This document shows, in pieces, positions 9,882 through 17,688 of a stretch of DNA of 64,000 nt. Origin of the DNA: Oscillospiraceae bacterium (GTDB taxonomy: Bacteria; Bacillota; Clostridia; Christensenellales; Aristaeellaceae); NCBI GenBank assembly GCA_031270865.1, contig JAISWI010000094.1, positions 8,001 through 72,000 on the forward strand, given 5' to 3'. The notes under the pieces were generated by a model, which saw only the letters and a program-made list of their open reading frames with translations, ran no database searches and was not told the DNA's origin. The translations under genes and the position numbers were made by a program. The first letter of the stretch is position 1, and each line of letters opens with the position of its first letter.

Positions 9882-11322
9882 TGCCCGCGCCTCCCGTCCT
9901 TATCTCAAGTTGTTTCTCAAACCGCAGCTTGCCCGGCGCCCTGGGCGGCGGCGTCGGGTAATTCCCGGTGAAGCACGCGCCGCAGAAGCTGCCGTGGCCG
10001 CTGTGGTCCAGCATGGGCAGGTCCTCCGCGCGGAAGTAGCCGATGCTGTCCGCGCCCAGTATCGCGCGAATCTCATCCAGCGAGTGGTTGTGCGCGATGA
10101 GGCTCTCGACGGAATCCACGTCCGTGCCGAAGTAGCACGGGTGCGCGAACGGCGGCGCGGACAGCCTGATATGCACCTGCGAGGCGCCGACCTCCCGCAG
10201 CAAGCGCGCTATGCGCGTGGTGGTCGTGCCGCGAACGACGCTGTCGTCCACCAGCACTACGCGCTTGCCGCGCACGGTTTCGGCCACAGGGTTCAGCTTG
10301 ATCCGCACGGCGTGGGCGCGTTGGGATTGTTCAGGCTGTATGAATGTCCGCGCGACATATTTATTCTTGATGAACCCGATGCCGTAGGGTATGCCGCTCT
10401 GACGGGAGTAGCCCAGCGCGGCGTCGATGCCGCTGTCCGGCACGCCCACCACCACATCCGCCTGGACAGGATGGTTGATGGCCAGCAGCGCCCCGGCCTT
10501 CAGCCTCGCGCCATGCACCGACGTGCCGTCTATCACCGAGTCCGGACGCGCGAAGTATATCAGCTCAAAGACGCACAGCGCCCGGCGGGGCGGCGTCTCG
10601 TCGTACGGGATGCTGGTCAGTCCCGCGTCCGGCGAGGCCACGACGATCTCGCCCGGCTCCACGTCGCGCTCGAACCTGGCGCCGATGCTGTCCAACGCGC
10701 AGGACTCGCTGGCGAACACCCATCCATCCTCGAACCTGCCGATACACAGCGGGCGGAACCCGTACGGGTCGCGCACCGCCATCAGCTTGCGCGGGCTCAT
10801 GATCACCGCGGAGTAAGCGCCCTTGATCCTGCGCATCGCGCGGCGCGCGGCCTCCTCTATCGACACGGACTGGATGCGCTCCTGCGTGATGATATAGGCC
10901 AACACCTCGGAGTCGCTCGTGCCGTGGAATATCGAGCCTTTCTGCTCCAGTTTCTCGCGCAGCTCGGCGGCGTTGGTCAGGTTGCCGTTGTGGGCCAAGG
11001 CCATGCTGCCCTTCAGGTGGTTAACCAGCAGCGGCTGCGCGTTGCTCAACTGGCGGCGCCCTGTCGTGGCGTAGCGGCAGTGCCCCACGGCCATCTCGCC
11101 CGATCCCAGAGAGCGTGTCACGCCATGGGTAAGCACGTCGGTGACGAGGCCGACATCCTTGCGCACGTCGATCACCCCGGCGCGGTTTACCGCCACGCCG
11201 CAGCTTTCCTGGCCCCGGTGCTGCAGCGCGAACAGCGCGTGATACGCCGCGCTGACCACGTCCGCGCCCGGAGCGCACACGCCGAATACCCCGCACTCCT
11301 CGCGTAACTTGTCAAAGATCAC
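9874..11322 (-). CDS. purF: Amidophosphoribosyltransferase
   Basis: (GTG)IFDKLREECGVFGV...LQHRGQESCG...; the GTG start shares 1 nt with the purC TAG stop. Confidence 0.95.
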   Translation of the reverse strand: MIFDKLREECGVFGVCAPGADVVSAAYHALFALQHRGQESCGVAVNRAGVIDVRKDVGLVTDVLTHGVTRSLGSGEMAVGHCRYATTGRRQLSNAQPLLVNHLKGSMALAHNGNLTNAAELREKLEQKGSIFHGTSDSEVLAYIITQERIQSVSIEEAARRAMRRIKGAYSAVIMSPRKLMAVRDPYGFRPLCIGRFEDGWVFASESCALDSIGARFERDVEPGEIVVASPDAGLTSIPYDETPPRRALCVFELIYFARPDSVIDGTSVHGARLKAGALLAINHPVQADVVVGVPDSGIDAALGYSRQSGIPYGIGFIKNKYVARTFIQPEQSQRAHAVRIKLNPVAETVRGKRVVLVDDSVVRGTTTTRIARLLREVGASQVHIRLSAPPFAHPCYFGTDVDSVESLIAHNHSLDEIRAILGADSIGYFRAEDLPMLDHSGHGSFCGACFTGNYPTPPPRAPGKLRFEKQLEIRTGGAGNA

Positions 11323-12053
11323 TAACTTACCCCTAGCAGCCTGGCGCTGATCTCGGCGTAAGCCTCCTCAACCCCGCCCAGGTCGCGCCGGAAGCGGTCC
11401 TTGTCCAGCCTCTCGCCCGTCTTCGCGTCCCAGAGCCTGCAGGTGTCGGGGGAGATCTCGTCCGCCAGGACGATCCCGCCGCCGGGCAGCCTGCCAAACT
11501 CCAGCTTGAAGTCGACCAGCGTCAGTCCCGCGCCGGACAGGTAATCCTTTAATATTTCGTTTATCTTTAATGAAAGCGATGATATGGATTCCAGCTCCGC
11601 CTCGTCGGACCAGCCCATGGCGATGATGTGCGATTCGTTGACCATCGGGTCGCCCAGCGCGTCGTCCTTGTAACAGTATTCGACGACCGTACGCTTCATA
11701 GGTACGCCCTCGGGTATGCCCAGCCGCTTGGCCAGCGAGCCTGCCGCGATGTTGCGCGCAATCACCTCCAGCGGTATGATGGTCACGCGCTTTACGAGGG
11801 TTTCGCGGTCGCCCAGCTCGTCGACCAGGTGGGTGGGGATGCCCCTGGACTCCAGCAGGCGCATCAGGTGGTTGGTCACGCGGTTGTTGATCGCGCCCTT
11901 GCCGGCGATCCGGCCCTTCTTCAGCCCGTTGAGCGCTGTGGCGTCGTCCTTGTATAACACGACGCACAACTCAGGATTGTCGGTGGCAAAAACCATCTTG
12001 GCCTTGCCTTCGTAGAGCATTGCCCCCCGGGTGAGGGCAGCTGTGACGCTCAT
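11322..12053 (-). CDS. purC: SAICAR synthase
   Basis: ...[17 protein letters not shown]...[12 protein letters not shown]...[12 protein letters not shown]. The true start could be the internal Met (MLYEGKAK). Confidence 0.93.
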   Translation of the reverse strand: MSVTAALTRGAMLYEGKAKMVFATDNPELCVVLYKDDATALNGLKKGRIAGKGAINNRVTNHLMRLLESRGIPTHLVDELGDRETLVKRVTIIPLEVIARNIAAGSLAKRLGIPEGVPMKRTVVEYCYKDDALGDPMVNESHIIAMGWSDEAELESISSLSLKINEILKDYLSGAGLTLVDFKLEFGRLPGGGIVLADEISPDTCRLWDAKTGERLDKDRFRRDLGGVEEAYAEISARLLGVS

Positions 12054-12096
12054 AGTGGCCGCCTCCTTTATTATTCGACATTTACTAGCGCGGTTC

Positions 12097-12306
12097 TGTG
12101 GGTGAGGGTTTCACGCCGCCCTGCTTGGCGTCTTAGGGGGGAGTTCGCGTCGCGCCATCTAGCGGCTTAGGGGTGGGGTTCGCGTCGCACCATCTAACGG
12201 CTTAGGGGTGGGGTTCGCGTCGCACCATCTAACGTCTTAGGGGTGGGGCAAGTCCCACATCCTCTGCGGCAGAGGGGGGCTGAGCAAGTCCTACATCAAC
12301 AGCGGC
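12097..12306. repeat. Tandem array of about six 34-36 nt G-rich units in the purE-purC intergenic spacer
   Basis: Units begin at 12132, 12166, 12201, 12236 and 12271, with a degenerate copy at 12097. Units 12166-12200 and 12201-12235 (cttaggggtggggttcgcgtcgcaccatctaacgg/t) differ only at the last base. The units are contiguous, with no unique spacers. Confidence 0.85.
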
Positions 12307-12318
12307 GGGGGACGAAGC

Positions 12319-12828
12319 TCACTTTATTGGCAGGGGATACTCCAGCCTCACCTTCGCGTCCTTCTCCAAAACGGAGGCGCGGTTCTTGCCGCGAGCCGCG
12401 TCGAGCTTCGCGGCGAGCGGCGCGTCCGTGACCGCGAGTATCTGCGCGGCCAGCAGCGCCGCGTTGACCGCGCCGCCTATGGCCACCGTCGCTACGGGCA
12501 CCCCGCCTGGCATCTGCGCCGTGGATAGCAGCGCGTCCAGCCCGGCCAGCTCCCCGGAACGCATGGGCACCCCTATGACGGGCAGCGTCGTCCGCGCGGC
12601 CAGCGAACCCGCCAGGTGCGCGGCCTTCCCAGCCGCCGCTATTATCACGCCGAACCCCGCCTCCCGCGCCCCCGCCGCGAACGCCGCGGCCTCCTGCGGC
12701 GTGCGGTGCGCCGACAATATCCGCGCCTCGAACGGCACGCCCAGCTCTTTAAGCGTATCGAACGCGCCCTTCATCGCCGGCATGTCGCTGTCGCTGCCCA
12801 AGACTACGCCCACTGTCAAGTTAGCCAT
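12319..12828 (-). CDS. purE: N5-CAIR mutase / AIR carboxylase
   Basis: [19 protein letters not shown]...SAHRTP...AGKAAHLAG...PVIGVP. Confidence 0.93.
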   Translation of the reverse strand: MANLTVGVVLGSDSDMPAMKGAFDTLKELGVPFEARILSAHRTPQEAAAFAAGAREAGFGVIIAAAGKAAHLAGSLAARTTLPVIGVPMRSGELAGLDALLSTAQMPGGVPVATVAIGGAVNAALLAAQILAVTDAPLAAKLDAARGKNRASVLEKDAKVRLEYPLPIK

Positions 12829-12978
12829 CCATATTTTCCCTCCAAAACGAACGCAAGGGAGCCGGACACGCCCCGCGCGCCAAACTCCCCCAATCAGACG
12901 CGGGGCACGGCCCCGCAGTCAAGACAAACCATTTTGCATCGATCCTTTCGAATCGCGGCGATTTATGGGACAGGTACC

Positions 12979-13007
12979 ATTGTAACGCGAACGCGCGGGA
13001 TTGTCAA
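12979..13007 (-). promoter_or_regulatory. SigA-type promoter of the pur operon
   Basis: The minus strand reads TTGACA-atcccgcgcgttcgcgt(17)-TACAAT. It would give a leader of about 140 nt before the purE ATG at 12828. Confidence 0.6.
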
Positions 13008-13052
13008 ACGGGAGATTCATCCACACGGCGGCCCGGCATGACGCGCGTCATG

Positions 13053-13652
13053 TCATGTCGGCTCCTTGTTCCACCAGGCCTGCGGCAGGTCGATCTTATC
13101 CTGCGAAGCGCTTAGGAAGTCGTACATCCGCTCATACTCCGTGCCTATGGAGACAGACTCCACGTCCCGAAGCGGCATCACCGCCGGCTGGCGCTGCGGC
13201 CGCCCGAAGAAGTCGAACGCCTCCATCGTCACGCGCAGGTCGTCGCGCAGCTTGATCCGGCCCGTGTACGTCTCGCCCGCGGTCAACAGGCTTACCGTGC
13301 GCTGCTCGCGCCTGGCCCAGTCCAGCGCCCAGCGCAGCAGGTCCGCGTCGGGCGAGGCGGGCCTGGGCAGCAGCGGGGCGCGGTCCTCGCCATAGAGCCT
13401 GGCCAGCAGTTCCAGCCTGGTCTCCTCCTCGTCGCCCGTGTAGACCTGCTGCACGTCGCCGACCCGCCACAGCAGCCAGCCGTCGCGGTGTCCCCAGGGC
13501 GTCAGCGCGGACAACAGAACATGTTTCGCGTTCACCTGCTCGATGTACCCGCTGCAGAACGCGTCCGGGTCGTTAGTGTCGGTGTAGAGCGATACGACCA
13601 GATCGTGTTCCATCGCGCTGCGCATCTGGTAGACCACGAAACTGATCGGCAT
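13053..13652 (-). CDS. Hypothetical protein with two internally repeated modules of about 85 aa
   Basis: 199 aa. The start ATG shares its A with the methyltransferase TAA stop (TAATG), and GGGGGAAGG lies 5 nt upstream. Internal repeat: LVVSLYTDT..GYIEQV...GDVQQVYTG versus RTVSLLTAG..GRIKLR...RDVESVSIG. I recognise no family. Confidence 0.6.
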   Translation of the reverse strand: MPISFVVYQMRSAMEHDLVVSLYTDTNDPDAFCSGYIEQVNAKHVLLSALTPWGHRDGWLLWRVGDVQQVYTGDEEETRLELLARLYGEDRAPLLPRPASPDADLLRWALDWARREQRTVSLLTAGETYTGRIKLRDDLRVTMEAFDFFGRPQRQPAVMPLRDVESVSIGTEYERMYDFLSASQDKIDLPQAWWNKEPT

Positions 13653-14920
13653 TATAACCTTCCCCCTATACTAGGACCACGGAAAACGATCCGCCGCCCG
13701 AGGATATCCACCACGGCGATGGCAGGCTCGCCGCCCGGCGGCCCTTCGCCGAATGACAGCGTATCCGGCAGCGCGGGGCTGCGCCTGTCCCGCGCGGCGT
13801 TAGCGTAAGCGTGGAAAACACCGCCCCTGATAATCCCGAACGACCATTGATCCACATGCGCCAGGCCGTCCGGCGGGCAAACTCCCGCTTTACCGATATC
13901 ATAACCAGCCAGCGCCGCGTTCAGTACGCCGCCTTCAACATGGATCGCGGCATCCAGCGCGGGGCATTCCGTCCCGTCAGGAACGCGTGACGGCGCGTCC
14001 AGCTCGAACGAACAGCCCAGCATCCGCTTGCGCGTGGTGACGACCGACGCGTCGGACGCGTCCATGCTGACGAAGTTCCTGTCCATGTCGGCGGCGGTAC
14101 GCGCGGTCGTGCCCGATCCCGCGAACAGGTCCGCCGCCCAGTCGCCCGGTCTCGACGCGCAGCCTATCACGCGGGCCAACAGCGCGGAGGGCTTCTGCGT
14201 GTCGAAGCCTGTCCGACGCGGGTCGCGCTGCTGCAGCGGGGCGATGTCCGTCCAAACGTCGCTGGCGTAGACTGGCTCATCGTCGTAGTAGCGGTACTCC
14301 TTGCCGCCGGAGTTGATCGCGGAATAAGCGCGGCCCTGTTCGTCCACGCCGCGCCTCATGTGGTTATGGCGGCGGGCGCGGGGCATCGCGGCCGCCGCGA
14401 TATCGAAGTAGAGCCGGTCGCTCCTGCGGTAAAACAACAGCGTATCGTGCTTGCGGCTGAAGTGGCCTGTCGCGCGGCCGCCGGTCTCATACGCCCAGAC
14501 GATCTCGTTGACATAGTTCCCCGCGCCGAACACCTCGTCCAGCAAGCGGCGGGCCAGCGGGCCGCGCCTGGGATCGATGTGCAGGAACAACGCGCCCTCC
14601 GGCTTGAGCATGGCATGCGCGGTCTGGATGGCCGCGCGGATCATTTCCTCATACCCGCCGTCGGTCCAGCGGTCGTCGTACGCGGGCAGCTCGACCATCG
14701 GCTTGCCCTTGCGCCAGCCCGTCTCGCCGACGGGCAGGCGCAGGAAGTAAGGCTTGCCCGTGTCGAACGGCGGATCAAGGTAGACGGTCTGGATTTGTCC
14801 GGCGTAGGTTTGGGCGGCGCGGCCGGCGGCCTCCGGCCAACGGGCACGGATAATGACGCCGCGAGCCCGGTCCGCTCCGACGTGGATCTCGCGTGAGCAC
14901 GCGCAGGGCGGCCATCGCAT
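13652..14920 (-). CDS. Beta-class N6-adenine/N4-cytosine DNA methyltransferase (N4/N6 MTase domain)
   Basis: Motif IV (VYLDPPFDTG) precedes TQKPSALLARVI and motif I (DLFAGSGTTA). About 110 aa follow the catalytic core. GGGAGGA lies 10 nt upstream of the ATG. Confidence 0.85.
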   Translation of the reverse strand: MRWPPCACSREIHVGADRARGVIIRARWPEAAGRAAQTYAGQIQTVYLDPPFDTGKPYFLRLPVGETGWRKGKPMVELPAYDDRWTDGGYEEMIRAAIQTAHAMLKPEGALFLHIDPRRGPLARRLLDEVFGAGNYVNEIVWAYETGGRATGHFSRKHDTLLFYRRSDRLYFDIAAAAMPRARRHNHMRRGVDEQGRAYSAINSGGKEYRYYDDEPVYASDVWTDIAPLQQRDPRRTGFDTQKPSALLARVIGCASRPGDWAADLFAGSGTTARTAADMDRNFVSMDASDASVVTTRKRMLGCSFELDAPSRVPDGTECPALDAAIHVEGGVLNAALAGYDIGKAGVCPPDGLAHVDQWSFGIIRGGVFHAYANAARDRRSPALPDTLSFGEGPPGGEPAIAVVDILGRRIVFRGPSIGGRL

Positions 14921-14946
14921 CCGTCAGCATTCCTCCCGACAAGTAT

Positions 14947-14975
14947 ATTATAATGAACGCGCGGCGCGAATGCAA
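14947..14975 (-). promoter_or_regulatory. SigA-type promoter of the methyltransferase operon
   Basis: The minus strand reads TTGCAT-tcgcgccgcgcgttcat(17)-TATAAT, about 25 nt upstream of the ATG at 14920. Confidence 0.5.
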
Positions 14976-14995
14976 TAACAATATGCTGGAACGCG

Positions 14996-15021
14996 CGAAA
15001 AGCCCCGCCATCCGGCGGGGC
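14996..15021 (-). terminator. Intrinsic terminator after spoIVA
   Basis: On the minus strand, GCCCCGCC-GGAT-GGCGGGGC is followed by TTTTCG. Confidence 0.6.
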
Positions 15022-15078
15022 AGGCAGCGCGTCGTTTGCCCGCGCGTTACGCTGTAATCCGACGTATCGCGCGCCGCG

Positions 15079-16557
15079 TCACAGGAGGATGCAGATCATG
15101 CCGCCGCCGCCCTCGTTGACTATCTTGGTGAGGGTATCCTGGACCTTCTCCTGCGCGTCCAGCGGCATATTCGATAGTTTGGTCGACAGGCCCTCGCGGA
15201 CCATCTCATGCAGTGATTTCCCGAAGAAGTTAGTCTCCCATATCTGTTCAGGGTTCTGCTCAAACTCGCTTAGCAGGTACTGCACCAGTTCCTCGGACTG
15301 CTGCTCGGTGCCGACGACGGGGGTCACCTCGGTGGTGATGTCGGTGCGGATCAGATGCAGCGACGGGGCGCTGGCCTTCAGCTTTACGCCAAAGCGGTTG
15401 CCCTGCTTGACGATCTCCGGCGGCTGCAGCGTTAACTCGGACACGGCGGGCACGACCAGCCCGTAGCCCGTCTGCCGGACGGCGGAGAGCGCGTCGGCTA
15501 TCCTGTCATATTCCTTCTTGGCGAACACCAGCTCCTTGAGCAGCGCGAGCAGGTGCGCGTCGCCGCGTATCTCCGTGCCCGCCTCCTCGCCCAGTATCTT
15601 GTTGAACAGGCCTTCCTTCAGCGGCAGCGCGTACGTGACGGAGCCTTCGCCCAGCTTCGCGGTTACGGGCTGCGCGGCGTCGGCGTACTCGTTTTGGCTG
15701 ACCGCGCTGGCGAACACGGTCTGGTCGCGCATCAGCGGCGCTTCCAATTCAGCAGCGCTGGCCGTCTCCAGCAGCGACTGCAGCAGCCAGTGGTTCTCGT
15801 CTAAGGCCTGCGTCCAGCCGGGCAGCTCGATCCTGAATTCCCTAAGCGGGAACGCCATAAGCAGGTCGCTCAATAACCCTGAGATCTCCTCCGCGCCCAT
15901 GTTCTTCGCGTCGACCGCCGAGACGGGCACGGAATACTTCGCTTCCAATAATTGTTTTAGCTGCTGTGTCTCCGGGCGGCTGGGCGCGGCGCTGTTGAGC
16001 ACGACCACGAACGGTTTATGCAGCGCCTTAAGCTCGCGCACGACGCGTTCCTCCGCGTCGGTATACGCGCTGCGCGGCAGCTCCGTGAAGCTGCCGTCGG
16101 TGGTGACGACCAGGCCCAGCGTGCTGTGGTCGGCGATGACCTTGCGCGTGCCGATCTCGGCCGCGTCCTCGAACGGTATATCCTCATCATACCACGGGGT
16201 GTGGACCATGCGGGCGGCCTCGCCCTCCGACGTGCCCAACGCGCCGGGCACCAGGTACCCGACGCAGTCAACCAGGCGCACGCTCGCGCTCGCGCTTTCG
16301 CTTAGCGGGACCTCCACGGCCTCATCCGGCACGAACTTGGGTTGGGTGGTCATGATCGTCCGTCCGCTGCCGCTCTGGGGCAGCTCGTCGATGACGCGCA
16401 TGCGCTTGTGCGGGTTGTCGATGAGCGGGGTGACCATCTGGTCCATCATGCGGCTGATAAACGTGGACTTACCCGTTCGGACGGGCCCGACGACGCCGAT
16501 GTATATGTCCCCGTTCGTCCGTTCGGCGATATCACGGTACAGGTCAAAGGATTCCAT
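15079..16557 (-). CDS. spoIVA: Stage IV sporulation protein A (coat basement-layer ATPase)
   Basis: MESFDLYRDIAERTNGDIYIGVVGPVRTGKSTFI...DELPQSGSGRTIMTT...; full length, 492 aa. Confidence 0.95.
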   Translation of the reverse strand: MESFDLYRDIAERTNGDIYIGVVGPVRTGKSTFISRMMDQMVTPLIDNPHKRMRVIDELPQSGSGRTIMTTQPKFVPDEAVEVPLSESASASVRLVDCVGYLVPGALGTSEGEAARMVHTPWYDEDIPFEDAAEIGTRKVIADHSTLGLVVTTDGSFTELPRSAYTDAEERVVRELKALHKPFVVVLNSAAPSRPETQQLKQLLEAKYSVPVSAVDAKNMGAEEISGLLSDLLMAFPLREFRIELPGWTQALDENHWLLQSLLETASAAELEAPLMRDQTVFASAVSQNEYADAAQPVTAKLGEGSVTYALPLKEGLFNKILGEEAGTEIRGDAHLLALLKELVFAKKEYDRIADALSAVRQTGYGLVVPAVSELTLQPPEIVKQGNRFGVKLKASAPSLHLIRTDITTEVTPVVGTEQQSEELVQYLLSEFEQNPEQIWETNFFGKSLHEMVREGLSTKLSNMPLDAQEKVQDTLTKIVNEGGGGMICILL

Positions 16558-16618
16558 TTAGCGCATCCTCCTTTAACGGACAACGGCGTGCCGCGTCCCT
16601 TCCCTTACGGTCTGGGAG

Positions 16619-16647
16619 ATGGTATGCGCTGGAATCCCGGTTTATTA
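16619..16647 (-). promoter_or_regulatory. Candidate SigE-type (mother-cell) promoter of spoIVA
   Basis: The minus strand reads TAATAAA-14 nt-CATACCAT. The remembered B. subtilis SigE consensus is kmATAww-14-CATACAhT. It sits about 55 nt upstream of the ATG and overlaps the stop of the SDR gene. Confidence 0.4.
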
Positions 16648-17430
16648 CGGCTGCTTGCCGATGTAGGCCAGTATCCCGCCGTCAACGTACAGGATGTGGC
16701 CGTTGACGAAGTCCGACGCGCGCGAGGCCAGGAACACCGCGGGGCCGACCAGATCATCGGTGGTGCCCCAGCGGGCGGCGGGGGTCTTGCCAATGATGAA
16801 CCTGTTGAAGGGATGATCCGGGGCGCGAAGCGGAGCGGTCTGCGGGGTCTCGATGTAGCCGGGGCCGATGCCGTTGCACTGGATGTTATACTGGCCGTAC
16901 TCGCTGGCGATGTTGCGCGTTAACATCTTAAGCCCGCCCTTGGCCGCCGCGTACGCGCTGACGGTCTCGCGGCCCAGCTCGCTCATCATCGAGCATATGT
17001 TGATGATCTTGCCGCCGCCCCTGGCGATCATCGCGGGTATGACGGCCTTGGAGACGATGAACGGCGCGTTAAGGTCCACGTCGACGACCTGGCGGAAGTC
17101 GGCGGCGGACATCTCGATCATCGGTATACGCTTGATGATCCCGGCGTTGTTGACCAGGATATCGATGAACCCGGAGTCCTTTTCGATTTGGGCGATCAGG
17201 TTCTGGACGGCGGGTTCGTCGGTTACGTCGCAGACGTAGCCCAGCGCGTCTATACCGGCCTGGCGGTACGCGGCCAAGCCCTTATCCACCAAATCCTGGT
17301 TGATATCGTTGAAGGCGATCCTCGCGCCATACGCCGCGAACGCGCTGGCGATCGCGAAACCGATGCCGTACGATCCGCCGGTGACGAGCGCGAGACTGCC
17401 CGTCAGGTCGAACAGGTTTCCTGTAGGCAT
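16645..17430 (-). CDS. SDR-family oxidoreductase, gluconate 5-dehydrogenase-like
   Basis: MPTGNLFDLTGSLALVTGGSYGIGFAIA...NNAG...SAYAAAKGG... The start at 17430 has GGAAGGGGG upstream. The track's longer ORF reads through a repeat element. Confidence 0.85.
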   Translation of the reverse strand: MPTGNLFDLTGSLALVTGGSYGIGFAIASAFAAYGARIAFNDINQDLVDKGLAAYRQAGIDALGYVCDVTDEPAVQNLIAQIEKDSGFIDILVNNAGIIKRIPMIEMSAADFRQVVDVDLNAPFIVSKAVIPAMIARGGGKIINICSMMSELGRETVSAYAAAKGGLKMLTRNIASEYGQYNIQCNGIGPGYIETPQTAPLRAPDHPFNRFIIGKTPAARWGTTDDLVGPAVFLASRASDFVNGHILYVDGGILAYIGKQP

Positions 17431-17510
17431 TGTTGGAATCCCCCTTCCGGTTATATGTGTTTCCGCGTGGTTACCCGAATGGTACCACAGCGCGGTGATT
17501 GGCGCAAGCG

Positions 17511-17600
17511 GGACTCCCTCTGTCGCCTGAGGGCGACATCTCCCCCAAAGGGGAGACAAGAGGCTTGGAACGCCGCCGCCGAGGAGTTATGACGCCGCTC
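17511..17600. repeat. G-rich hairpin repeat element (copy B)
   Basis: Two hairpins: TGTCGCC-tga-GGCGACA (17521-17538) and TCTCCCC-caaa-GGGGAGA (17539-17556). They are followed by caagaggcttggaacgccgc..gacgccgc, which is about 70% identical by eye to 30930-31006. Confidence 0.6.
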
Positions 17601-17688
17601 AAAAACCATAGTAACACAATACAAATCATCAGCGTATACATACACCAGCACATAACCCCCACAACCTTTTAAAAAAGGAATGATCGCG

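Noticed and set aside
9856-11307. Long antisense ORFs opposite real genes, such as 9856-11307 (+), 20124-21341 (+), 31486-33183 (+), 36292-37068 (-), 49093-50304 (-), 55736-56812 (+) and 60488-61192 (+)
   Set aside because: Each is the mirror frame of a gene with a clear family assignment. High GC suppresses stop codons in antisense frames. The compositions are dominated by R/A/G/P/H, and there are no SD sequences or recognisable motifs.
12097-12306. Possible CRISPR array (35-nt repeats)
   Set aside because: The units are directly abutting, with no unique spacers. The unit sequence decays along the array. No cas genes are in the window, and the array lies inside an operon.
12829-12978. Calling a purine or ZTP riboswitch upstream of purE
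   Set aside because: Only fragmentary resemblance. AUAAAUCGC and UGACUG occur, but the conserved loops of the purine aptamer and the CCGCCUGGGC element of ZTP are not present. The leader is kept as an unassigned regulatory candidate only.
13053-13652. Interpreting the 199-aa partner of the methyltransferase as a restriction endonuclease (type II R-M)
   Set aside because: No PD-(D/E)xK, HNH or GIY-YIG-like motif is recognisable. The internal tandem-repeat architecture looks like a binding domain. This remains an open question rather than a call.
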